Shown: positions 10,931 to 20,345 of the stretch, piece by piece
Layout of the letters: every line of letters begins with the position of its first letter
How positions within the stretch are numbered: the first letter of the stretch is position 1
From: Candidatus Latescibacterota bacterium
GTDB lineage: Bacteria; Latescibacterota; UBA2968
Length of the DNA stretch: 64,000 bases
Direction: 5' to 3'
Assembly: GCA_965207885.1 (NCBI GenBank)
Contig: OZ242311.1
Span: forward strand, 5,728,001 to 5,792,000
Notes under the pieces: generated by a model
What the model saw: the letters and a program-made list of their open reading frames with translations, nothing else
What the model was told of the DNA's origin: nothing
The model's database searches: none
Made by a program: the position numbers and the translations under genes

Positions 10931-11996
10931 GTTGCTCCAAGTGATTTATGATACTTTTACCGATTATTGATCCAAGTTCTACTGGTACAGCATTTCCGAT
11001 AAATTTTGCGACATGCTTGACCACAACTGGTTTACTCGGGTCGCTGAATTCATAGTCCTTTGGAAATGTTTGAAAAATAGCCGCTTCACGCAAACTGATG
11101 GCTCTATTTTGCTCAGGGTGTCCGAATCGACCATTTCCCAACCCATTGCATTGTGTCGTCATTGTGGGAGCTGGTGCGTCCCAGCGCATACGTCCATAAA
11201 CGGTGCCTCGGTATGTTTTTCCAGACTCTTTCTTGTGGCAATCTAAGACCAAACTTTCTTCCCAACTGCGGGAATTTCCTCCATCATGTTGTGTTGATTT
11301 TATCCGTTTCAGGTTCTTTGGACTAAGGCTGCTTGCTCTATGGAGAGGATCATTTTTGCTGATTTCTCCTGCCTCAATTGGTTCAAGATCTTCTATGACA
11401 TCACGAACCGTAATTTTTTTGTTTTTATGTGTCTTTTTTATTAACTGAATTTCACCGAAGCGAGACGCTAGCACTATTAGACGCTTTCGGCTCTGAGGAA
11501 TGCCGTATTCCGAGACATCAATGATCTCGTATTTGTTGTTTTTATTAAATTTATAACCATTTTTGATGAGCGTATCCATAAATGTTTTAAAAATGGGATA
11601 CTTTTCTATACTTGCAAGACCGCTGACATTTTCCATAAAAACAATATCTGGCAAAGTTTCTTGAATTAAGTCAGCAAACTTTTCAAGTGGTTCCAATTGC
11701 TTTTCGGCGATTTGTTTTAAGTTTAATTTTGAAAACGGTTGACACGGCGCGCAACCAACCAGCACTCTTACAGTTTCTGCTTTTATCCCAAATAACCGGT
11801 CAATTTCCTGCGCGGAAACCTCAAGAATATCTTTATGTATAAATTTTGCTTCATTGTTGTATTCGTAACCAAATCGACAGGAATTGTCGTTGTCTATCCC
11901 GGCAACTACGTCAAAACCTGCTTTAATAAGGCCATGGGATAAGCCGCCTATGCCACAAAACAAATCAATCACTTTTAATTTTTTGTTTTTATTCAT
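10914..11996 (-). CDS. DNA (cytosine-5) methyltransferase
   Basis: DLFCGIGG, GCAPCQPFS, ENV, PQSRKR and IGNAVP motifs. Confidence 0.92.
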   Translation of the reverse strand: MNKNKKLKVIDLFCGIGGLSHGLIKAGFDVVAGIDNDNSCRFGYEYNNEAKFIHKDILEVSAQEIDRLFGIKAETVRVLVGCAPCQPFSKLNLKQIAEKQLEPLEKFADLIQETLPDIVFMENVSGLASIEKYPIFKTFMDTLIKNGYKFNKNNKYEIIDVSEYGIPQSRKRLIVLASRFGEIQLIKKTHKNKKITVRDVIEDLEPIEAGEISKNDPLHRASSLSPKNLKRIKSTQHDGGNSRSWEESLVLDCHKKESGKTYRGTVYGRMRWDAPAPTMTTQCNGLGNGRFGHPEQNRAISLREAAIFQTFPKDYEFSDPSKPVVVKHVAKFIGNAVPVELGSIIGKSIINHLEQHAIYI

Positions 11997-12190
11997 AATA
12001 AAAATAACTCAAAATATGACCTAAAATTTCGGAAGAGGAAACATTTAATCTCCCTTAATAGGGCAAGCAGACAAAAACTTTAAAATTATAGTCATTTTTG
12101 TTCTTTTTGACAAATCCCATTGATAAAGTAAACACCATCAGCCAAATAGCTGATGGCATCATGGCTTACTCTCGCATTTCAGCAACTAAT

Positions 12191-12900
12191 TTACTGCGTC
12201 CACTGCAACGCTGTGTTAGCGAGTGTTATGTCACGTATATCCCTTTGTATAGTGGCTGATATTTCTTCTGCACTGCTATTGTTTACGTCAATAATTTGGT
12301 CGCTAAACTGCGAAAAAATGAACGCGGTATATGTGGATTGTTCAAAGTCGAACCGCGTTGGATGAGATAACGTGCTCGTAATTTGAGTATCTCAAGCATT
12401 TTTGATGGCGTATAGCCTTCATCATCCATTTCTGATAGGTACCTATCCCGATTCCACTGTCGTTTATGCAATGCCTGTGCATCACTCAGACTGTATTTGC
12501 TCTTCTCACCGCAAATAATGTACAAATCTTCAAGATTGAGTTTATCCGCAATACGTCTTTCTATGGCAAAATCAGGCGCAATATAACTCTCGACCTTTCC
12601 GATCCAGCCCTCCATATCATCAGGCCCAAGCGTGAGCAGTCCTTGTAGCTCTATCCCTGAAGCGTCGTAAAAGCCAAATACCCATATCCGAGCACGCCAT
12701 TTTGCAATATGATCAGGGCCTACATCTCTTGCAGTTGAAACGGAACCGCGTGTTGTTGATTTGAGTTCTATAGGCGCAGAGAAGTTCTGTCCGTGCGCTA
12801 CAAAATCGAGAAAGGCATCCACCTCAGAACGGCCTTCTCCTTTTCGAAGCCCTATGAGCTGACACATTTCCCTTTCTCGTTGATCGTCTTGAACAGCCAT
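12191..12900 (-). CDS. putative type II restriction endonuclease (PD-(D/E)xK); ORF as read ends at 12283, likely frameshifted C-terminus to 12191
   Basis: VDAF...IELKS motif; abuts the C5 MTase; alternative frame after the T6 run at 12313-12318 continues SQFSDQIIDV...WTQ-stop. Confidence 0.5.
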
Positions 12901-14025
12901 CTAAACACCCAACGCACTTGACACAGATTTTGCGATTGCGTAACCCACCGGTGGACAAACAGAATTACCAATTTGCCCAAGTATCTGGTAAGCTGCGCCT
13001 TGAAAGACCCAATCTTCTGGAAATCCCTGAAGCAACGCGCAATCCTGAACAGAAAGCCTGATATGACCATTCTCCGGAGGAAAAATCAGGGCTTCCTCTC
13101 TGGATTTTTGCACGCCATTGGGCCAAATCTGGAGTTTTTCCCATACCTTTTGACTCGCCTTACTATTCAAAATACTGGTCGATTTTCTGGGACCCGTAAA
13201 ACCAGAACGAAGAGTAGGCGCAAAGCAATCAAAACCAATATCTTCCAGACCCAAAGCAGCCCTCGTTCCCATCGTATGTCTGCCAGAGTAGAACAAGCTA
13301 TCTTTGGAGAAATGGGTTGGTTCAGGAATTTTGTAACGATTGGCTACCTCAAGAGACCGAAAACCGACAAAAATAACGCGCTTCCTGATTTGTGGAACGC
13401 CGAAATCGGATGCCACAGCTTTGAACTTTGCGATATAGTAATGCGGTGTCAGTGGCGCGAGAATCACGTCGTTTACATACTTTTCGAACTTTGGATCGAG
13501 CAGACCCGGAACATTCTCAACAACGAAAGTCTCGGGCATAAGCGTCAGCACAGCATCAATAAATGCTGGCAACATATCCCTGTCGTCTTTGCCTCCACCC
13601 CGCTTTCCAGCAATCGAAAAAGGCTGACACGGAGGACCTCCGTGAATGAGATCTACTTTACCTTTATAGACTGACCAATCTGCTTTTGTAACATCCCCCT
13701 TTGAACCATAAAAAACATTCCATTGCGGACGGTTTTGTTGTAGTGACGCACCGCAAATATCCAGGATATCAAAACTGGCAACATGCTCAAAACCCGCATA
13801 TTCAAAACTAAGGTCCAAACCGCCACCACCTGAAAAGAGCGAAAGGGATCTCAAGCCGTTTTGACGTTGTTTAGGCATCAACTTCTCTGGTTTTAGAACA
13901 GGCTCATTGATTTTGCCCAGTTCATGTTGCAACTCACCATTGATTGCAGCCTTTTTCCTGAGCCTGGACCGAGTAGAAATCTCTCGATACCACTCCCGTT
14001 TGGCCTTCGATATATTGTATGGCAT
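12901..14025 (-). CDS. DNA (cytosine-5) methyltransferase
   Basis: SLFSGGGG, GGPPCQPFS, ENVPG, PQIRKR and IGNSV motifs. Confidence 0.92.
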   Translation of the reverse strand: MPYNISKAKREWYREISTRSRLRKKAAINGELQHELGKINEPVLKPEKLMPKQRQNGLRSLSLFSGGGGLDLSFEYAGFEHVASFDILDICGASLQQNRPQWNVFYGSKGDVTKADWSVYKGKVDLIHGGPPCQPFSIAGKRGGGKDDRDMLPAFIDAVLTLMPETFVVENVPGLLDPKFEKYVNDVILAPLTPHYYIAKFKAVASDFGVPQIRKRVIFVGFRSLEVANRYKIPEPTHFSKDSLFYSGRHTMGTRAALGLEDIGFDCFAPTLRSGFTGPRKSTSILNSKASQKVWEKLQIWPNGVQKSREEALIFPPENGHIRLSVQDCALLQGFPEDWVFQGAAYQILGQIGNSVCPPVGYAIAKSVSSALGV

Positions 14026-14137
14026 TGTATTCTCTCTAAATCTTTGTAATAAACGACAACTCTGTACAAATTATAGCTATGCTTATCCGTTTTGCCCACC
14101 CTAAAATAATCGCAACATCATCCAGACTTCACAGAAC

Positions 14138-15247
14138 CTACAACCTATCCACCTGAGTCTCTCCGTGCTTCAGCTCTTCCATAAGCTCATCGTATTGATC
14201 CCGATCAACCGGCATCGCGACCTCCTCTTTTCGCAGAGCCGAAAGCACAATCGCGTTAATCAGCTCCAGTGTTCGCCGCGCCGTCACCCCATCTGTAATC
14301 GCCTCTCCGCCATCCAGAATCGCCGAAACAAAACTCTCCACCAGTGTTGGTCCCCCCTCATCGGACGGCACATCCTCCCATCTAATGTTTGGCTGATGCC
14401 CCTTTGCCCCCTTTATAAACGCCCGCATAGGCGCCTCGTACCGCCCCAGGCGAAACACATCGGGCACCTTTGAATTGGCATTCTTCTCATCCCGAAACTC
14501 AATCGTACCCAGATCCCCTGAAATCTGCCTGTAATTCAACCGCCTATCGCACGTACTCAACTGCACATTCGCATGGGCACCACAGGCAAAACGGATATTG
14601 GCAACAACCGTATCCTCAATCTCCACACTGTGTCCCCAATTGCACATCATCGCAGAAACCGCAACCGGATCACCCACCATCCAGCACAGCAAATCCAGAT
14701 CGTGGCTGGTCTGATTCATCAGCACCCCACCCCCTGCGTGCTCCCAGGTACACCGCCATACATCCCGGTCGTAATACACCTCTGGCCGCGTCTCAATCCA
14801 CATCCACAGCACCCGGTAAATCTCTCCCAATGCCCCCTCATCAATCAGCCGCTTCAGCGCGCGATTGCCGGGAAACGTGCGATAATTGTGCCCCACAGCC
14901 AGCTTCAAATCCCGCGCCTGTGCCGCCTCGATCATCCTATCCGCTTCGGAAACCGTATTCGCAATGGGCTTCTCCACAAAAGTATGCAACCCCGCCTCCA
15001 AACAATCCAACCCCATCGGCGCGTGAAGATGGTGCGGCGTAGCAATCACCACCGCATCCAGATCCTCGGCCTCGATCATCTCCCGGTAATCGCCCCAGGC
15101 GCGCGCACCCCGTTCTTCTCCAACCTGCCGCGCATAATCCAGATCCAAATCCGCCACCGCCACCAACTCTGCCCGATCCAGCCCTGAAATCTCCCGCACA
15201 TGCTGCCCGCCCATACCCTTCAAACCGACCACACCGAACCTGACCAT
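14138..15247 (-). CDS. Gfo/Idh/MocA family oxidoreductase
   Basis: N-terminal Rossmann fold, ATPHHLH, EKP, GGGVLMNQTSHDLD. Confidence 0.9.
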   Translation of the reverse strand: MVRFGVVGLKGMGGQHVREISGLDRAELVAVADLDLDYARQVGEERGARAWGDYREMIEAEDLDAVVIATPHHLHAPMGLDCLEAGLHTFVEKPIANTVSEADRMIEAAQARDLKLAVGHNYRTFPGNRALKRLIDEGALGEIYRVLWMWIETRPEVYYDRDVWRCTWEHAGGGVLMNQTSHDLDLLCWMVGDPVAVSAMMCNWGHSVEIEDTVVANIRFACGAHANVQLSTCDRRLNYRQISGDLGTIEFRDEKNANSKVPDVFRLGRYEAPMRAFIKGAKGHQPNIRWEDVPSDEGGPTLVESFVSAILDGGEAITDGVTARRTLELINAIVLSALRKEEVAMPVDRDQYDELMEELKHGETQVDRL

Positions 15248-15328
15248 AACGCTCTCCTTTTTACTTTCCTATATTGACAAACGACGTATCAATCCATAAT
15301 ATATTCAAAAAACCCCGGAGGACTTCCC

Positions 15329-15892
15329 ATGTCCAAAACCTTCCAAAATCGCGCCGAAGCCTTTGCCTGGCTCAGCCAAAATGACCCCCGTGCGCCCAAA
15401 GCCGGAGATCCCGCGCCAGACTTTGAACTATCGGACATCAACGGCGAAAATCCCGTGCGCCTCTCGCACCTTTGCAAAGACAAACCCGTTGCACTCATCT
15501 TCGGCAGCTTCACCTGACCGCCCTTTGTCCGCGAGGCAGTTAGCCTCCGCAACCTCTATGCAACATATCACAAACAGATCCACTTTCTCGTAATCTACAT
15601 CCGCGAAGCCCACCCAGAAGACGGCTGGAAACTCAAAGACACGGGCATCTACGACCCAAAAACCCTTGCAGAACGCCGAAAAGTTGCAAAAACATGCGAA
15701 GATGCCATGCAATACGGCATACGCACCTATGTTGACGACATGGACGACGCCGTCATGATCGACTATGTCGCCTGGCCCGAACGCCTCTACCTGATCGGCA
15801 CGGACAACCGCATCGCCTACGCCGGCAAACACGGTCCCTATGGATTCAGCCCCAAAGAACTCAAAGCGGCAATAGATCACATCACCCGTTGA
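15329..15892 (+). CDS. deiodinase-like thioredoxin-fold selenoprotein (UGA at 15515-15517 read as Sec)
   Basis: GDPAPDF...FGSFT-UGA-PPF...IYIREAHP.DGW...AWPERLY in one frame; hairpin just 3' of the UGA. Confidence 0.85.
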
Positions 15893-17349
15893 AATTTCTC
15901 AAACGCCTCCTCCCAGGCATCCGCATCCGTCGGGCTATACGTCTTAATCGCGGTAGAAGCGCGCACAACATCCCGGAGTTCATCCAGAGAACCAATCTGC
16001 CCCTTGCCCATCGCCTGCATCAAAAGATTGCCCATTGCAGTCGCCTCAGCCGGACCTGACAGCACCGCGCGCCCCGTCGCAGAAGCGATAAACTGGCACA
16101 AAAGCGTATTGTGTATGCCCCCGCCCACAATGTGAATATCCCCCAGCGTCTTGCCCAATACATCTTCGAGCTGACCCAGAACATAGCGACATTTGAGCGC
16201 CAGGCTCTCCAGCGCCGTGCGAATAATATCCCCTTCACTATCGGGTAGCAATTGACCGGTGCGCTTGCAAAAATCCCGAATGCGAGACGGCATATCCCCT
16301 GGCGTACCAAAATCGGCGTGATCCGGATCGATAAACGACGCGAGCCGATCCGACGCCATCGCCAGCCCCATCAACTCTTCCCACGAATAATCCTTCCCCG
16401 CCAAAGCCCACACGCGGCGGCACTCCTGCACAATCCACAGCCCCGAAATATTCTTCAAAAACCGAATCGTATGATCAACACCGCCTTCATTGGTAAAATT
16501 GTGCGCGAGCGCACGCTTATTAATCGCGGGTGCGGGCAATTCCGCCCCCATCAACGCCCAGGTGCCACAACTGATATAAACCGCATCGGGCGAAAAAAGA
16601 GGCACAGCCGCAACCGCCGACCCCGTATCGTGACAAGCCGGTGCAATCACATCAATCGGTGTAACACCCATCTCATCCGCAATACTCTTGCGCATGGGAC
16701 CGAGCACCGTACCTGGCGACACCACATCCGGAAGCATATCCGTGGGAATATTGAGCGCATTGAGCATTGATTTTGCCCAGGCATTCTCGCGCGGATTGAA
16801 GAACTGCGTAGTAGTTGCATTGGAATACTCACACACCTTCATACCCGTGAACCAGAAATTGAACAAATCGGGCATCGTGAGAAACGTACGCGCAATATCG
16901 AGTTGGGGCGATTGCGACAGACGCTGCGCGAGCAACTGATACAGCGTGTTGAGCTCCATAAACTGAATACCCGTCTGCTCAAAAATCTCCTCGCGAGAAA
17001 CCCGCTCAAACGCGACATCCATCATCCCCTGAGTGCGCGCATCGCGGTAACAAAAGGGATTGCCGAGCAAATTGTCCTGCGCGTCGAGCAAGCCATAATC
17101 GACCCCCCACGTATCACAGCCCATGCCATTGAGCGGTTCCCCAGACCGAACAGCGAGACGCAACCCCGTACACATCTCGTCAAACAGCCGCAGCGCGTCC
17201 CAATAATAATGATTGCCAACAGGTATTCCCTGATTGGGAAACCGGTGAATCTCTTCAATATCGAGACGCGCGCCATCAAAACGTCCCAAAACAGCCCGGC
17301 CGCTGGACGCACCCAAATCATAAGCGAGATAATTGGTCGTCGATGCCAT
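15877..17349 (-). CDS. rhamnulokinase-like FGGY family sugar kinase
   Basis: AYDLGASSGR, DTWGVDYGL, HDTGSAV, FTNEGG, EATAMGN. Confidence 0.88.
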   Translation of the reverse strand: MASTTNYLAYDLGASSGRAVLGRFDGARLDIEEIHRFPNQGIPVGNHYYWDALRLFDEMCTGLRLAVRSGEPLNGMGCDTWGVDYGLLDAQDNLLGNPFCYRDARTQGMMDVAFERVSREEIFEQTGIQFMELNTLYQLLAQRLSQSPQLDIARTFLTMPDLFNFWFTGMKVCEYSNATTTQFFNPRENAWAKSMLNALNIPTDMLPDVVSPGTVLGPMRKSIADEMGVTPIDVIAPACHDTGSAVAAVPLFSPDAVYISCGTWALMGAELPAPAINKRALAHNFTNEGGVDHTIRFLKNISGLWIVQECRRVWALAGKDYSWEELMGLAMASDRLASFIDPDHADFGTPGDMPSRIRDFCKRTGQLLPDSEGDIIRTALESLALKCRYVLGQLEDVLGKTLGDIHIVGGGIHNTLLCQFIASATGRAVLSGPAEATAMGNLLMQAMGKGQIGSLDELRDVVRASTAIKTYSPTDADAWEEAFEKFQRVM

Positions 17350-17455
17350 AAAAAACTCCATGCTCTGATGTTTCGCATTGTGTTTATAAAATTCAGTGGC
17401 TATTATAGGACGCGGTTGCGAAGTGTCAAGTATTTCGTTATCAGGAGTGTGTATT

Positions 17456-19081
17456 ATGAGCAAAGAATTGAAAGCAGTTTTTCATTTTTGGAAGCGTTTT
17501 GCACGTCAAAATGGCCTGAATCGCCGCGATTTAATCAAAGGCGTCGCCACCGCAAGTCTCGGTCTCGCAGCCGGAACCTTCGGCGCGCCACAGATCTACG
17601 GAAATTCAAACGTAGCGAAATCAAAACGACGCAATCGTATCCAACTCGAAAACGCCGAGCGTGGAACGCGCGACTGGTTGCTCACTAAGACCGACATCAC
17701 CGACATCGAACCGGTGGAGTTGTGGCGTTCCCCGCGAATCGAGGGCTACTGCTCCGAGACGAGCGTGAGCGCTGGCGACACGATCAAGATCATGGTGAGC
17801 ACGAATCCAGTGTCCCAGTTTGATCTGGAGATCTTCCGCACAGGCTATTACGGCGGAACCGGCGGTCGTTTCATGAAGCGCTTTGATTCTATACAGGGCA
17901 AAACCCAGGCCGATCCGTCGATAGGCGAAAACCGTCTGCGCGAATGCAAGTGGGAACCTACCGTAGAATTCGAGATTCCAGACGATTGGCTGAGCGGCGT
18001 CTATCTGGGCAAACTCACCGCGAAAGAAGGGGGCGTGCAAAGCTACGTCATATTTATTGTGCGCGATGATCGCCCCTGCGATTTGCTCTTCCAGTGCAGC
18101 GACATGACCTGGCAAGCCTACAACAGCTGGCCTACCAACGAGTGGTCTCTTTACCACAACGACAAAAATGGCTACACGGGACATAAGAAAAGGAAAAAGT
18201 GGAGCACCAACGCGAACGATACCGGGTGGGTGAGTTTTGACCGTCCCTACGCGCAGTTCTGCCAGGATCATCTTGTCAAGAATCCCAAGTCCGTGGGCAC
18301 GGGCGAATTTCTTCTTTGGGAATTCCCCCTCTCCTATTGGATAGAGCAGCAGGGCTACGATGTGTCGTATATCTCAAATGTGGATACGCACAGGCACGGT
18401 CCGAGATTACAACGCGCGAAAGGTTTTATCTCGGTAGGGCACGACGAGTATTGGACGCGGGAAATGTATGATAATGCCAGCGCGGCCCGAGACGCGGGCG
18501 TCAACCTTGCGTTCCTGAGTGGGAACTCCGTTTGGGGCGTTGTACCTTTGTTGCCCTCTGCCGAGGGGCAGCTCCACCGGATCATGCGACGCGAAGATAA
18601 GTTCCTTGGCGAGGAACTCAGCAACATGTTGAACAAGCGACGCGGCACCCCCGCCAAGTATCCAGCGGGACCGGACGCGAGGCTGCTCATGGGCGGACGA
18701 ACGGCCGGCATTGGCGGAGGTGACTGGACCTGCACCCAACCCAATCACTGGATCTATGATGGCACTGGCATGCAAAAAGGTGACACCATCGATGGACTAA
18801 TAGGCTGGGAATGGCATGGATCGCCTGCTCTCGAACTGCCTAACTTTGAAGTTCTGGCCGAGGGACCGATGCTACCGAAGAGGTACAGTCCTCATGCCGC
18901 TACGATCTACGATGGGCCAAAGAATAATGTCGTATTCAACGCCGGGACGATCTGGTGGGCACAAGGTTTGTCGTCGCCTCCCGGCCACGTATTGCCCGCA
19001 CATAGGCATGCCAAACCGAAAGGTCCGGACCCGCGCGTGCAGCGTATGATGGAGAATGTGTTTAATCGGTTTGTGAAGTAA
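17456..19081 (+). CDS. Tat-exported N,N-dimethylformamidase beta-subunit-like protein
   Basis: RRDLIK Tat-like motif; TWQAYN, VSFDRPY, GHDEYW, FLSGN, VFNAGT. Confidence 0.7.
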   Translation: MSKELKAVFHFWKRFARQNGLNRRDLIKGVATASLGLAAGTFGAPQIYGNSNVAKSKRRNRIQLENAERGTRDWLLTKTDITDIEPVELWRSPRIEGYCSETSVSAGDTIKIMVSTNPVSQFDLEIFRTGYYGGTGGRFMKRFDSIQGKTQADPSIGENRLRECKWEPTVEFEIPDDWLSGVYLGKLTAKEGGVQSYVIFIVRDDRPCDLLFQCSDMTWQAYNSWPTNEWSLYHNDKNGYTGHKKRKKWSTNANDTGWVSFDRPYAQFCQDHLVKNPKSVGTGEFLLWEFPLSYWIEQQGYDVSYISNVDTHRHGPRLQRAKGFISVGHDEYWTREMYDNASAARDAGVNLAFLSGNSVWGVVPLLPSAEGQLHRIMRREDKFLGEELSNMLNKRRGTPAKYPAGPDARLLMGGRTAGIGGGDWTCTQPNHWIYDGTGMQKGDTIDGLIGWEWHGSPALELPNFEVLAEGPMLPKRYSPHAATIYDGPKNNVVFNAGTIWWAQGLSSPPGHVLPAHRHAKPKGPDPRVQRMMENVFNRFVK

Positions 19082-19207
19082 GGTCCAACAATTACTGGGA
19101 TGTTATTGGCTAATGGATGCCAAAAATGTTTTGAGAGATTGCGTGAGAGACGATTTTAAGATAGATTATAAAAAATAAAATTCTGAAAGCACAACAAGAG
19201 ATTTAAA

Positions 19208-19897
19208 ATGTCGGATATAATATCTCCCGTAAACGACGAGAATACAGTACAGCTCGACCCCGAGTCCCTCGTGGCGCGTATCATAGCAGAGCTTCAAGCC
19301 AATCCCGAAGCTCAAAGTCTCTTGTTGCGTGCGTTGCTCACCAACGAATTTCTCGGTATGCCGGTACGCCTTGAACGTATCGAAGCCGATGTTGCAGAAC
19401 TCAAAGTGGATGTTGCCCAACTCAAAGTAGATGTTGCCCGACTCAAAACGGATGTCGCTCACCTCAAAGGCGACAGCCTTGAAGTGAAACTCCATCGCAG
19501 GATTCGCCCCTTGCTCAGCCAAAGGCTCAACCTGCGCCGCGCACAGGTCCTGCAAAGCCCCATCCAGGACACCCACGCTGAGTTGTATGAGCCAATCGAA
19601 GCAGCTTTTGACGAAGGTCGCATCACAGACGCGCAGGAAACCCGCATCCACGTAACTGACCTCATAATTCGCGCCCAGCGCAAAGCGGATCGCTCGCCGG
19701 TGTGGGTAGCAGTTGAAGTGTCCAACGAGATTCACCGACGCGACCTGGACCGGGTGCGTCAAACGGCCGATGCGTTGGGTGTGGTCTTCCAAACGTCTGT
19801 CCTCGCAGTCGTTGCAGGATATCACATTGCACCTCGGGATCAAGCGCGTGCCGAAGAGTCCGATGTTCACACTCTTCTCATTGCAGAGAATAACTAA
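19208..19897 (+). CDS. hypothetical protein with heptad coiled-coil repeats and PD-(D/E)xK-like C-terminus
   Basis: DVAELKV/DVAQLKV/DVARLKT/DVAHLKG heptads; TDLII...AVEVS. Confidence 0.6.
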   Translation: MSDIISPVNDENTVQLDPESLVARIIAELQANPEAQSLLLRALLTNEFLGMPVRLERIEADVAELKVDVAQLKVDVARLKTDVAHLKGDSLEVKLHRRIRPLLSQRLNLRRAQVLQSPIQDTHAELYEPIEAAFDEGRITDAQETRIHVTDLIIRAQRKADRSPVWVAVEVSNEIHRRDLDRVRQTADALGVVFQTSVLAVVAGYHIAPRDQARAEESDVHTLLIAENN

Positions 19898-19941
19898 AAA
19901 GAACCTTTCAAATCCCGATTTCGTGATTGAATTAATAGCCA

Positions 19942-20142
19942 ATGAAACCGGAATACGATTTCTCCAGAGCCGAAAGAGGAAAATTTTACCGCAAGGGTGC
20001 TGAAATCCGGCTGCCAATTTACCTCGATGCAAAACTCCAGCACCGGCTTGAACAGGTCGCGAAAAAAAGAGGCAAAGATTTGGGCGAAGTAGTGAATCAA
20101 ATTTTGACAGAGGAAGTGGAACGCGTTGAAGCATTGCTCTGA
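19942..20142 (+). CDS. orphan BrnA/CopG-like antitoxin
   Basis: MKPEYDFSRAERGKFY start and RHH-like C-terminus; no toxin adjacent. Confidence 0.65.
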   Translation: MKPEYDFSRAERGKFYRKGAEIRLPIYLDAKLQHRLEQVAKKRGKDLGEVVNQILTEEVERVEALL

Positions 20143-20345
20143 TGAGAACAGGAATATCGAACTGAGGATAGCGACTGATGTACTCCACATATTGCAAAAT
20201 TTTAAACCCCTGGAGAGATACACTCTTCAGGGGTAATTTCGATAGATTTGAATTACAAGCAATGTTACAAACATTCATAGATTGAAACTTTAGAGGTACT
20301 GGTTATACTACAAAAGTCAATGCAATGTCTCAAAAGGATAATGAT

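Noticed and set aside
9168-12159. Related hairpins at 9168-9194 and 12132-12159 as terminal inverted repeats of a mobile cassette
   Set aside because: Both are better explained as terminators or REP-like palindromes; no transposase or target duplication
19166-20278. 370-aa minus-strand ORF and other long antisense ORFs (e.g. 991-1689, 16903-17688, 59723-60463)
   Set aside because: Shadows of well-supported genes on the opposite strand; no motifs
20282-20309. TTGAAA-N16-TATACT sigma70-like promoter for the CARF-bEBP
   Set aside because: Plausible, but in AT-rich DNA and not distinguishable from chance without TSS data
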